NCBI GenBank assembly: GCA_964016885.1
Contig: OZ024762.1
Location: forward strand, 29,760,001 to 29,824,000
DNA: 64,000 bases
Direction of reading: 5' to 3'
Source of the DNA: Eledone cirrhosa
Lineage: Eukaryota
The notes under the pieces were generated by a model. The model made no database searches and was not told where the DNA came from. It saw only the letters and a program-made list of their open reading frames with translations. Position numbers and translations under genes: made by a program. How positions within the stretch are numbered: the stretch's first letter is position 1; every line of letters starts with the position of its first letter. Shown here in pieces: positions 52,601 to 64,000 of the stretch.

Positions 52601-55100
52601 CGGGTTTTCTACGGCTGGATGTCCTTCCTAACACCAACCACATTTACAGTGTGGGGCTGGGAGGTTTTTACTGTGTTGCCTACACAGCCACATTACAGCG
52701 TGGAGTGTCTGGCGGGTTTTCTACGGCTGGATGCCCTTCCTAACACCAACCACATTTACAGTGTGGGCTGGGAGGTTTTTACCGTGTTGCGTACACGGCC
52801 ACATTACAGTGTGGACTGTCTGGCGGGTTTTCTACAGCTGGATGCCCTTCCTAACACCAACTACGCTTACAGTGTGGAACTGGGAGGTTTTTACCGTGTT
52901 GCCTACACGGCCACATTACAGCGTGGTCTGTCTGGCGGGTTTTCTACAGCTGGATGTCCTTCCTAACACCAACCACATTTACAGTGTGGACTGGGAGAAT
53001 GTTACCGTGTTGCCTACACGGCCACATTACAGCGTGGACTGTCTGGCGGGTTTTCTACGGCTGGATGCCCTTCCTAACACCAACCACATTTACAGTGTGG
53101 ACTGGGAGGTTTTTACCGTGTTGCCTACACGGCCACATTACAGCATGGACTGTCTGGCGGGTTTTCTACAGCTGGATGCCCTTCCTAACACCAACCACAT
53201 TTACAGTGTGGACTGGGAGATTTTTACCGTGTTGCCTACACGGCCACATTACAGCGTGGACTGTCTGGCGGGTTATCTACGGCTGGATGCCCTTCCTAAC
53301 ACCAACCACATTTACAGTGTGGACTGGGAGGTTTTTACCGTGTTGCCTACACGGCCACATTACAGCGTGGACTGTCTGGCGGGTTTTCTACGGCTGGATG
53401 CCCTTCCTAACACCAACATCGGTTACAGTGTGGAACTGGGAGGTTTTTACCGTGTTGCCTACACGGCCACATTACAGCGTGGACTGTCTGGCGGGTTTTC
53501 TACAGCTGGATGCCCTTCCTAACACCAACCACATTTACAGTGTGGACTGGGAGATTTTTACCGTGTTGCCTACACGGCCACATTACAGCGTGGACTGCCT
53601 GGCGGGTTTTCTACGGCTGGATGCCCTTCCTAACACTAACCACATTTACAGTGTGGACTGGGAGGTTTTTACCGTGTTGCCTACACGGCCACATTACAGC
53701 GTGGACTGTCTGGCGGGTTTTCTACGGCTGGATGCCCTTCCTAACACCAACCACATTTACAGTGTGGGCTGGGAGGTTTTTACCGTGTTGCCTACACGGC
53801 CACATTACAGTGTGGACTGTCTGGCGGGTTTTCTACAGCTGGATGCCCTTCCTAACACCAACTACGCTTACAGTGTGGAACTGGGAGGTTTTTACCGTGT
53901 TGCCTACATGGCCACATTACAGCGTGGACTGTCTGGCGGGTTTTCTACGGCTGGATGCCCTTCCTAACACCAACCACATTTACAGTGTGGACTGGCAGGT
54001 TTTTACCCTGTTGCCTACACGGCCACATTACAGCGTGGACTGTCTGGCGGGTTTTCTACGGCTGGATGCCCTTCCTAACACCAACCACATTTACAGTGTG
54101 GGCTGGGAGGTTTTTACCGTGTTGCCTACACGGCCACATTACAGTGTGGACTGTCTGGCGGGTTTTCTACAGCTGGATGCCCTTCCTAACACCAACTACG
54201 CTTACAGTGTGGAACTGGGAGGTTTTTACCGTGTTGCCTACACGGCCACATTACAGCGTGGTCTGTCTGGCGGGTTTTCTACAGCTGGATGCCCTTCCTA
54301 ACACCAACCACATTTACAGTGTGGACTGGGAGATTTTTACCGTGTTGCCTACACGGCCACATTACAGCGTGGACTGTCTGGCGGGTTTTCTACGGCTGGA
54401 TGCCCTTCCTAACACCAACCACATTTACAGTGTGGACTGGGAGGTTTTTACCGTGTTGCCAACACGGCCACATTACAGCGTGGACTGTCTGGCGGGTTTT
54501 CTACAGCTGGATGCCCTTCCTAACACCAACTACGCTTACAGTGTGGAACTGGGAGGTTTTTACCGTGTTGCCTACACGGCCACATTACAGCGTGGACTGT
54601 CTGGCGGGTTTTCTACAGCTGGATGCCCTTCCTAACACCAACCACATTTACAGTGTGGACTGGGAGATTTTTACCGTGTTGCCTACACGGCCACATTACA
54701 GCGTGGACTGTCTGGCGGGTTTTCTACGGCTGGATGCCCTTCCTAACACTAACCACATTTACAGTGTGGTCTGGGAGGTTTTTACCGCGTTGCCTACACG
54801 GCCACATTACAGCGTGGACTGTCTGGCGGGTTTTCTACGGCTGGATGCCCTTCCTAACACCAACCACATTTACAGTGTGGGCTGGGAGGTTTTTACCGTG
54901 TTGCCTACACGGCCACATTACAGTGTGGACTGTCTGGCGGGTTTTCTACAGCTGGATGCCCTTCCTAACACCAACTACGCTTACAGTGTGGAACTGGGAG
55001 GTTTTTACCGTGTTGCGTACACGGCCACATTACAGCGTGGACTGTCTGGCGTGTTTTCTACGGCTGGATGCCCTTCCTAACACCAACCACATTTAGTGTG
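43645..55100. repeat. Higher-order repeat domain 4: more diverged units of 17-27 monomers (2223, 1889, 2113, 2223, 3003 bp)
   Basis: The landmark monomer occurs at ~43645, 45868, 47757, 49870, 52093 and 55096, and the order of variant monomers after it is conserved. The marker GATGCAGTTCC follows it at ~46.06, 47.95 and 50.06 kb. Confidence 0.8.
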
Positions 55101-56689
55101 GGGTTGCGTGGTTTTTACTGTGTTGCTTACACGGCCACATTATAGCGTGGACTGTCTGGCGGGTTTTCTACGGCTGGATGCCCTTCCTAACACCAACCAC
55201 ATTTACAGTGTGGACTGGGAGGTTTTTACCGTGTTGCCTACACGGCCACATTACAGCGTGGACTGTCTGGCGGGTTATCTACGGCTGGATGCCCTTCCTA
55301 ACACCAACCACATTTACAGTGTGGACTGGGAGGTTTTTACCGTGTTGCCTACACGGCCACATTACAGCGTGGACTGTCTGGCGGGTTTTCTACGGCTGGA
55401 TGCCCTTCCTAACACCAACCACATTTACATTGTGGACTGGGAGATTTTTACCGTGTTGCCTACACGGCCACATTACAGCGTGGACTGACTGGCGGGTTTT
55501 CTACAGCTGGATGCTCTTCCTAACACCAACCACATTTACAGTGTGGACTGGGAGATTTTTACCGTGTTGCCTACACGGCCACATTACAGCGTGGACTCTC
55601 TGGCGGGTTTTCTACGGCTGGATGTCCTTCCTAACACCAACCACATTTACAGTGTGGGGGTGGGAGGTTTTTACTGTGTTGCCTACACAGCCACATTACA
55701 GCGTGGACTGTCTGGCGGGTTTTCTACGGCTGGATGCCCTTCCTAACACCAACCACATTTACAGTGTGGGTTGGGAGGTTTTTACCGTGTTGCGTACACG
55801 GCCACATTACAGTGTGGACTGTCTGGCGGGTTTTCTACAGCTGGATGCCCTTCCTAACACCAACTACGCTTACAGTGTGGAACTGGGAGGTTTTTACCGT
55901 GTTGCCTACACGGCCACATTACAGCGTGGTCTGTCTGGCGGGTTTTCTACAGCTGGATGTCCTTCCTAACACCAACCACATTTACAGTGTGGACTGGGAG
56001 ATTTTTACCGTGTTGCCTACACGGCCACATTACAGCGTGGACTGTCTGGCGGGTTTTCTACGGCTGGATGCCCTTCCTAACACCAACCACATTTACAGTG
56101 TGGACTGGGAGGTTTTTACCGTGTTGCCTACACGGCCACATTACAGCGTGGACTGTCTGGCGGGTTTTCTACAGCTGGATGCCCTTCCTAACACCAACCA
56201 CATTTACAGTGTGGACTGGGAGATTTTTACCGTGTTGCCTACACGGCCACATTACAGCGTGGACTGTCTGGCGGGTTATCTACGGCTGGATGCCCTTCCT
56301 AACACCAACCACATTTACAGTGTGGACTGGGAGGTTTTTACCGTGTTGCCTACACGGCCACATTACAGCGTGGACTGTCTGGCGGGTTTTCTACAGCTGG
56401 ATGCCCTTCCTAACAACAACTACGCTTACAGTGTGGAACTGGGAGGTTTTTACCGTGTTGCCTACACGGCCACATTACAGCGTGGACTGTCTGGCGGGTT
56501 TTCTACGGCTGGATGCCCTTCCTAACACCAACCACATTTACAGTGTGGGCTGGGAGCTTTTTACCGTGTTGCCTACACGGCCACATTACAGTGTGGACTG
56601 TCTGGCGGGTTTTCTACAGCTGGATGCCCTTCCTAACACCAACTACGCTTACAGTGTGGAACTGGGAGGTTTTTACCGTGTTGCCTACA

Positions 56690-59600
56690 CGGCCACATTA
56701 CAGCGTGGACTGTCTGGCGGGTTTTCTACGGCTGGATGCCCTTCCTAACACCAACCACATTTACAGTGTGGACTGGCAGGTTTTTACCGTGTTGCCTACA
56801 CGGCCACATTACAGCGTGGACTGTCTGGCGGGTTTTCTACGGCTGGATGCCCTTCCTAACACCAACCACATTTACAGTGTGGGCTGGGAGGTTTTTACCG
56901 TGTTGCCTACACGGCCACATTACAGTGTGGACTGTCTGGCGGGTTTTCTACAGCTGGATGCCCTTCCTAACACCAACTACGCTTACAGTGTGGAACTGGG
57001 AGGTTTTTACCGTGTTGCCTACACGGCCACATTACAGCGTGGTCTGTCTGGCGGGTTTTCTACAGCTGGATGCCCTTCCTAACACCAACCACATTTACAG
57101 TGTGGACTGGGAGATTTTTACCGTGTTGCCTACACGGCCACATTACAGCGTGGACTGTCTGGCGGGTTTTCTACGGCTGGATGCCCTTCCTAACACCAAC
57201 CACATTTACAGTGTGGACTGGGAGGTTTTTACCGTGTTGCCTACACGGCCACATTACAGCGTGGTCTGTCTGGCGGGTTTTCTACAGCTGGATGCCCTTC
57301 CTAACACCAACCACATTTACAGTGTGGACTGGGAGATTTTTACCGTGTTGCCTACACGGCCACATTACAGCGTGGACTGTCTGGCGGGTTATCTACGGCT
57401 GGATGCCCTTCCTAACACCAACCACATTTACAGTGTGGACTGGGAGGTTTTTACCGTGTTGCCTACACGGCCACATTACAGCGTGGACTGTCTGGCGGGT
57501 TTTCTACAGCTGGATGCCCTTCCTAACAACAACTACGCTTACAGTGTGGAACTGGGAGGTTTTTACCGTGTTGCCTACACGGCCACATTACAGCGTGGAC
57601 TGTCTGGCGGGTTTTCTACAGCTGGATGCCCTTCCTAACACCAACCACATTTACAGTGTGGACTGGGAGATTTTTACCGTGTTGCCTACACGGCCACATT
57701 ACAGCGTGGACTGTCTGGCGGGTTTTCTACGGCTGGATGCCCTTCCTAACACTAACCACATTTACAGTGTGGACTGGGAGGTTTTTACCGTGTTGCCTAC
57801 ACGGCCACATTACAGCGTGGACTGTCTGGCGGGTTTTCTACGGCTGGATGCCCTTCCTAACACCAACCACATTTACAGTGTGGGCTGGGAGGTTTTTACC
57901 GTGTTGCCTACACGGCCACATTACAGTGTGGACTGTCTGGCGGGTTTTCTACAGCTGGATGCCCTTCCTAACACCAACTACGCTTACAGTGTGGAACTGG
58001 GAGGTTTTTACCGTGTTGCCTACACGGCCACATTACAGCGTGGACTGTCTGGCGGGTTTTCTACAGCTGGATGCCCTTCCTAACACCAACCACATTTACA
58101 GTGTGGACTGCGAGATTTTTACCGTGTTGCCTACACGGCCACATTACAGCGTGGACTGTCTGGCGGGTTATCTACGGCTGGATGCCCTTCCTAACACCAA
58201 CCACATTTACAGTGTGGACTGGGAGGTTTTTACCGTGTTGCCTACACGGCCACATTACAGCGTGGACTGTCTGGCGGGTTTTCTACGGCTGGATGCCCTT
58301 CCTAACACCAACCACATTTACAGTGTGGACTGGGAGATTTTTACCGTGTTGCCTACACGGCCACATTACAGCGTGGACTGTCTGGCGGGTTTTCTACAGC
58401 TGGATGCCCTTCCTAACACCAACCACATTTACAGTGTGGACTGGGAGATTTTTACCGTGTTGCCTACACGGCCACATTACAGCGTGGACTGTCTGGCGGG
58501 TTTTCTACGGCTGGATGCCCTTCCTAACACCAACCACATTTACAGTGTGGACTGGGAGGTTTTTACCGGGTTGCCTACACGGCCACATTACAGCGTGGAC
58601 TGTCTGGCGGGTTATCTACGGCTGGATGCCCTTCCTAACACCAACCACATTTACAGTGTGGACTGGGAGGTTTTTACCGTGTTGCCTACACGGCCACATT
58701 ACAGCGTGGACTGTCTGGCGGGTTTTCTACAGCTGGATGCCCTTCCTAACACCAACTACGCTTACAGTTTGGAACTGGGAGGTTTTTACCGTGTTGCCTA
58801 CACGGCCACATTACAGCGTGGACTGTCTGGCGGGTTTTCTACAGCTGGATGCCCTTCCTAACACCAACCACATTTACAGTGTGGACTGGGAGATTTTTAC
58901 CGTGTTGCCTACACGGCCACATTACAGCGTGGACTGTCTGGCGGGTTTTCTACGGCTGGATGCCCTTCCTAACACCAACCACATTTACAGTGTGGACCGG
59001 GAGGTTTTTACCGGGTTGCCTACACGGCCACATTACAGCGTGGACTGTCTGGCGGGTTTTCTACGGCTGGATGCCCTTCCTAACACCAACCACATTTAGT
59101 GTGGGGCTGCGTGGATTTTACTGTGTTGCTTACACGGCCACATTATAGCGTGGACTGTCTGGCGGGTTTTCTACGGCTGGATGCCCTTCCTAACACCAAC
59201 CACATTTACAGTGTGGACTGGGAGGTTTTTACCGTGTTGCCTACACGGCCACATTACAGCGTGGACTGTCTGGCGGGTTATCTACGGCTGGATGCAGTTC
59301 CTAACACCAACCACATTTACAGTGTGGACTGGGAGGTTTTTACCGTGTTGCCTACACGGCCACATTACAGCGTGGACTGTCTGGCGGGTTTTCTACGGCT
59401 GGATGCCCTTCCTAACACCAACCACATTTACATTGTAGACTGGGAGATTTTTACCGTGTTGCCTACACGGCCACATTACAGCGTGGACTGACTGGCGGGT
59501 TTTCTACAGCTGGATGCTCTTCCTAACACCAACCACATTTACAGTGTGGACTGGGAGATTTTTACCGTGTTGCCTACACGGCCACATTACAGCGTGGACT

Positions 59601-62600
59601 GTCTGGCGGGTTTTCTACGGCTGGATGTCCTTCCTAACACCAACCACATTTACAGTGTGGGGCTGGGAGGTTTTTACTCTGTTGCCTACACAGCCACATT
59701 ACAGCGTGGACTGTCTGGCGGGTTTTCTACAGCTGGATGCCCTTCCTAACACCAACTACGTTTACAGTGTGGAACTGGGAGGTTTTTACCCTGTTGCCTA
59801 CACGGCCACATTACAGCGTGGACTGTCTGGCGGGTTTTCTACGGCTGGATGCCCTTCCTAACACCAACCACATTTACAGTGTGGGCTGGGAGGTTTTTAC
59901 CGTGTTGCCTACACGGCCACATTACAGTGTGGACTGTCTGGCGGGTTTTCTACAGCTGGATGCCCTTCCTAACACCAACTACGCTTACAGTGTGGAACTG
60001 GGAGGTTTTTACCGTGTTGCCTACACGGCCACATTACAGCGTGGTCTGTCTGGCGGGTTTTCTACAGCTGGATGCCCTTCCTAACACCAACCACATTTAC
60101 AGTGTGGACTGGGAGATTTTTACCGTGTTGCCTACACGGCCACATTACAGCGTGGACTGTCTGGCGGGTTTTCTACGGCTGGATGCCCTTCCTAACACCA
60201 ACCACATTTACAGTGTGGACTGTGAGGTTTTTACCGTGTTGCCTACACGGCCACATTACAGCGTGGACTGTCTGGCGGGTTTTCTACAGCTGGATGCCCT
60301 TCCTAACACCAACCACATTTACAGTGTGGACTGGGAGATTTTTACCGTGTTGCCTACACGGCCACATTACAGCGTGGACTGTCTGGCGGGTTATCTACGG
60401 CTGGATGCCCTTCCTAACACCAACCACATTTACAGTGTGGACTGGGAGGTTTTTACCGTGTTGCCTACACGGCCACATTACAGCGTGGACTGTCTGGCGG
60501 GTTTTCTACGGCTGGATGCCCTTCCTAACACCAACCACATTTACAGTGTGGACTGGGAGGTTTTTACCGTGTTGCCTACAAGGCCACATTACAGCGTGGA
60601 CTGTCTGGCGGGTTTTCTACGGCTGGATGCCCTTCCTAACACCAACCACATTTACATTGTGGCCTGGGAGATTGTTAACGTGTTGCCTACACGGCCACAT
60701 TACAGCGTGGACTGTCTGGCGGGTTTTCTACAGCTGGATGCCCTTCCTAACACCAACCACATTTACAGTGTGGACTGGGAGATTTTTACCGTGTTGCCTA
60801 CACGGCCACATTACAGCGTGGACTGTCTGGCGGGTTTTCTACGGCTGGATGCCCTTCCTATCACCAACCACATTTACAGTGTGGACTGGGAGGTTTTTAC
60901 CGTGTTGCCTACACGGCCACATTACAGCGTGGACTGTCTGGCGGGTTTTCTACAGCTGGATCCCCTTCCTAACACCAACTACGCTTACAGTGTGGAACTG
61001 GGAGGTTTTTACCGTGTTGCCTACACGGCCACATTACAGCGTGGACTGTCTGGCGGGTTTTCTACGGCTGGATGCCCTTCCTAACACCAACCACATTTAC
61101 AGTGTGGACTGGCAGGTTTTTACCGTGTTGCCTACACGGCCACATTACAGCGTGGACTGTCTGGCGGGTTTTCTACGGCTGGATGCCCTTCCTAACACCA
61201 ACCACATTTACAGTGTGGGCTGGGAGGTTTTTACCGTGTTGCCTACACGGCCACATTACAGTGTGGACTGTCTGGCGGGTTTTCTACAGCTGGATGCCCT
61301 TCCTAACACCAACTACGCTTACAGTGTGGAACTGGGAGGTTTTTACCGTGTTGCCTACACGGCCACATTACAGCGTGGTCTGTCTGGCGGGTTTTCTACA
61401 GCTGGATGCCCTTCCTAACACCAACCACATTTACAGTGTGGACTGGGAGATTTTTACCGTGTTGCCTACACGGCCACATTACAGCGTGGACTGTCTGGCG
61501 GGTTTTCTACGGCTGGATGCCCTTCCTAACACCAACCACATTTACAGTGTGGACTGGGAGGTTTTTACCGTGTTGCCTACACGGCCACATTACAGCGTGG
61601 TCTGTCTGGCGGGTTTTCTACAGCTGGATGCCCTTCCTAACACCAACCACATTTACAGTGTGGACTGGGAGATTTTTACCGTGTTGCCTACACGGCCACA
61701 TTACAGCGTGGACTGTCTGGCGGGTTATCTACGGCTGGATGCCCTTCCTAACACCAACCACATTTACAGTGTGGACTGGGAGGTTTTTACCGTGTTGCCT
61801 ACACGGCCACATTACAGCGTGGACTGTCTGGCGGGTTTTCTACAGCTGGATGCCCTTCCTAACAACAACTACGCTTACAGTGTGGAACTGGGAGGTTTTT
61901 ACCGTGTTGCCTACACGGCCACATTACAGCGTGGACTGTCTGGCGGGTTTTCTACAGCTGGATGCCCTTCCTAACACCAACCACATTTACAGTGTGGACT
62001 GGGAGATTTTTACCGTGTTGCCTACACGGCCACATTACAGCGTGGACTGTCTGGCGGGTTTTCTACGGCTGGATGCCCTTCCTAACACTAACCACATTTA
62101 CAGTGTGGACTGGGAGGTTTTTACCGTGTTGCCTACACGGCCACATTACAGCGTGGACTGTCTGGCGGGTTTTCTACGGCTGGATGCCCTTCCTAACACC
62201 AACCACATTTACAGTGTGGGCTGGGAGGTTTTTACCGTGTTGCCTACACGGCCACATTACAGTGTGGACTGTCTGGCGGGTTTTCTACAGCTGGATGCCC
62301 TTCCTAACACCAACTACGCTTACAGTGTGGAACTGGGAGGTTTTTACCGTGTTGCCTACACGGCCACATTACAGCGTGGACTGTCTGGCGGGTTTTCTAC
62401 AGCTGGATGCCCTTCCTAACACCAACCACATTTACAGTGTGGACTGCGAGATTTTTACCGTGTTGCCTACACGGCCACATTACAGCGTGGACTGTCTGGC
62501 GGGTTATCTACGGCTGGATGCCCTTCCTAACACCAACCACATTTACAGTGTGGACTGGGAGGTTTTTACCGTGTTGCCTACACGGCCACATTACAGCGTG

Positions 62601-64000
62601 GACTGTCTGGCGGGTTTTCTACGGCTGGATGCCCTTCCTAACACCAACCACATTTACAGTGTGGACTGGGAGATTTTTACCGTGTTGCCTACACGGCCAC
62701 ATTACAGCGTGGACTGTCTGGCGGGTTTTCTACAGCTGGATGCCCTTCCTAACACCAACCACATTTACAGTGTGGACTGGGAGATTTTTACCGTGTTGCC
62801 TACACGGCCACATTACAGCGTGGACTGTCTGGCGGGTTTTCTACGGCTGGATGCCCTTCCTAACACCAACCACATTTACAGTGTGGACTGGGAGGTTTTT
62901 ACCGGGTTGCCTACACGGCCACATTACAGCGTGGACTGTCTGGCGGGTTATCTACGGCTGGATGCCCTTCCTAACACCAACCACATTTACAGTGTGGACT
63001 GGGAGGTTTTTACCGTGTTGCCTACACGGCCACATTACAGCGTGGACTGTCTGGCGGGTTTTCTACAGCTGGATGCCCTTCCTAACACCAACTACGCTTA
63101 CAGTTTGGAACTGGGAGGTTTTTACCGTGTTGCCTACACGGCCACATTACAGCGTGGACTGTCTGGCGGGTTTTCTACAGCTGGATGCCCTTCCTAACAC
63201 CAACCACATTTACAGTGTGGACTGGGAGATTTTTACCGTGTTGCCTACACGGCCACATTACAGCGTGGACTGTCTGGCGGGTTTTCTACGGCTGGATGCC
63301 CTTCCTAACACCAACCACATTTACAGTGTGGACCGGGAGGTTTTTACCGTGTTGCCTACACGGTCACATTACAGCGTGGACTGTCTGGCGGGTTTTCTAC
63401 GGCTGGATGCCCTTCCTAACACCAACCACATTTAGTGTGGGGCTGCGTGGTTTTTACTGTGTTGCTTACACGGCCACATTATAGCGTGGACTGTCTGGCG
63501 GGTTTTCTACGGCTGGATGCCCTTCCTAACACCAACCACATTTACAGTGTGGACTGGGAGGTTTTTACCGTGTTGCCTACACGGCCACATTACAGCGTGG
63601 ACTGTCTGGCGGGTTATCTACGGCTGGATGCAGTTCCTAACACCAACCACATTTACAGTGTGGACTGGGAGGTTTTTACCGTGTTGCCTACACGGCCACA
63701 TTACAGCGTGGACTGTCTGGCGGGTTTTCTACGGCTGGATGCCCTTCCTAACACCAACCACATTTACATTGTAGACTGGGAGATTTTTACCGTGTTGCCT
63801 ACACGGCCACATTACAGCGTGGACTGACTGGCGGGTTTTCTACAGCTGGATGCTCTTCCTAACACCAACCACATTTACAGTGTGGACTGGGAGATTTTTA
63901 CCGTGTTGCCTACACGGCCACATTACAGCGTGGACTGTCTGGCGGGTTTTCTACGGCTGGATGTCCTTCCTAACACCAACCACATTTACAGTGTGGGGCT
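56690..64000. repeat. Higher-order repeat domain 5: tandem duplication of 4336 bp (39 monomers), second copy truncated by the window edge
   Basis: Anchors 56736/61072, 57070/61406, 57626/61962, 58071/62407 and 59099/63435 are all 4336 bp apart. Confidence 0.92.
58070..61040. repeat. Non-adjacent copy of ~48840-51810 (offset 9229 bp, 83 monomers)
   Basis: Anchors 48842/58071, 49870/59099, 50285/59514 and 50843/60072. Shared rare markers include GACTGCGAGA, GTGGCCTGGGAGATTGTTAAC, CCTATCACC and GGATCC (51729/60958). Confidence 0.9.

Larger units (their letters stand above)
1..64000. repeat. Tandem satellite DNA array, ~111-bp monomer, ~575 copies, extending beyond both window edges
   Basis: Seen directly: GGATGCCCTTCCTAACACCAACC and ACACGGCCACATTACAG recur every 109-113 bp from the first to the last base, always in the same orientation. 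Most copies differ from the consensus by only a few bases. The copy number is an estimate (64000/~111.2). Confidence 0.99.

Noticed and set aside
42-63827. Hundreds of overlapping plus-strand ORFs with 37-aa repeats (LDALPNTNHIYSVDWEVFTVLPTRPHYSVDCLAGFLR; MPFLTPTTFTVWTGRFLPCCLHGHITAWTVWRVFYGW)
   Set aside because: The monomer is a multiple of 3 and two frames lack stops by chance. Frequent 110 and 112 bp monomers shift frame freely, nonsense variants (GACTGA) are amplified, and there are no unique termini or recognisable domains.
1-64000. CRISPR array or other repeat-spacer cassette, suggested by palindromic repeats at regular spacing
   Set aside because: The sequence between the repeats is itself repeated. 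There are no unique spacers, leader or cas genes.
1-64000. Programmed frameshift or phase-variation system (GGACT/GGAACT/GGGGCT indels switching frames)
   Set aside because: The indels are inherited as fixed markers of monomer subfamilies within duplicated blocks, and nothing indicates a translated gene.
1-64000. Pure assembly or sequencing artefact, or synthetic concatemer
   Set aside because: Hierarchical, phylogenetically consistent variants and CpG-type transitions fit a natural satellite. The copy numbers of the near-identical multi-kb blocks still need read support.

Overview
The whole 64 kb window is one uninterrupted, head-to-tail satellite DNA array of roughly 575 copies of a ~111-bp monomer (length variants 109-113 bp), all in one orientation, with no unique sequence, inversion or foreign insertion that I can see. 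Consensus, as in the copy at 841-951: CCACATTTACAGTGTGGACTGGGAGGTTTTTACCGTGTTGCCTACACGG-CCACATTACAGCGTGGACTGTCTGGCGGGTTTTCTACGGCTGGATGCCCTTCCTAACACCAA. The ORF track is an artefact: 111 bp equals 37 codons and two plus-strand frames lack stops. I call no genes. The informative structure lies at three levels. (1) The monomer is a diverged 49+62 bp dimer with three short dyads, one of which shows a recurrent compensatory base-pair change. (2) The minus strand resembles, from my memory only and not from a search, the conserved 5'-UTR motif of RTE-clade LINEs and RTE-related SINEs such as those of cephalopods, suggesting a retroposon-derived eukaryotic satellite. (3) Diagnostic variants define nested higher-order repeats (about 12, 16, 19-20, 27, 28, 39, 49-53 monomers) arranged in distinct domains, plus non-adjacent copies 9,229 bp and 50,687 bp apart. 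Block boundaries were read by eye and are accurate to about one monomer. I found no support for a novel protein-coding system.
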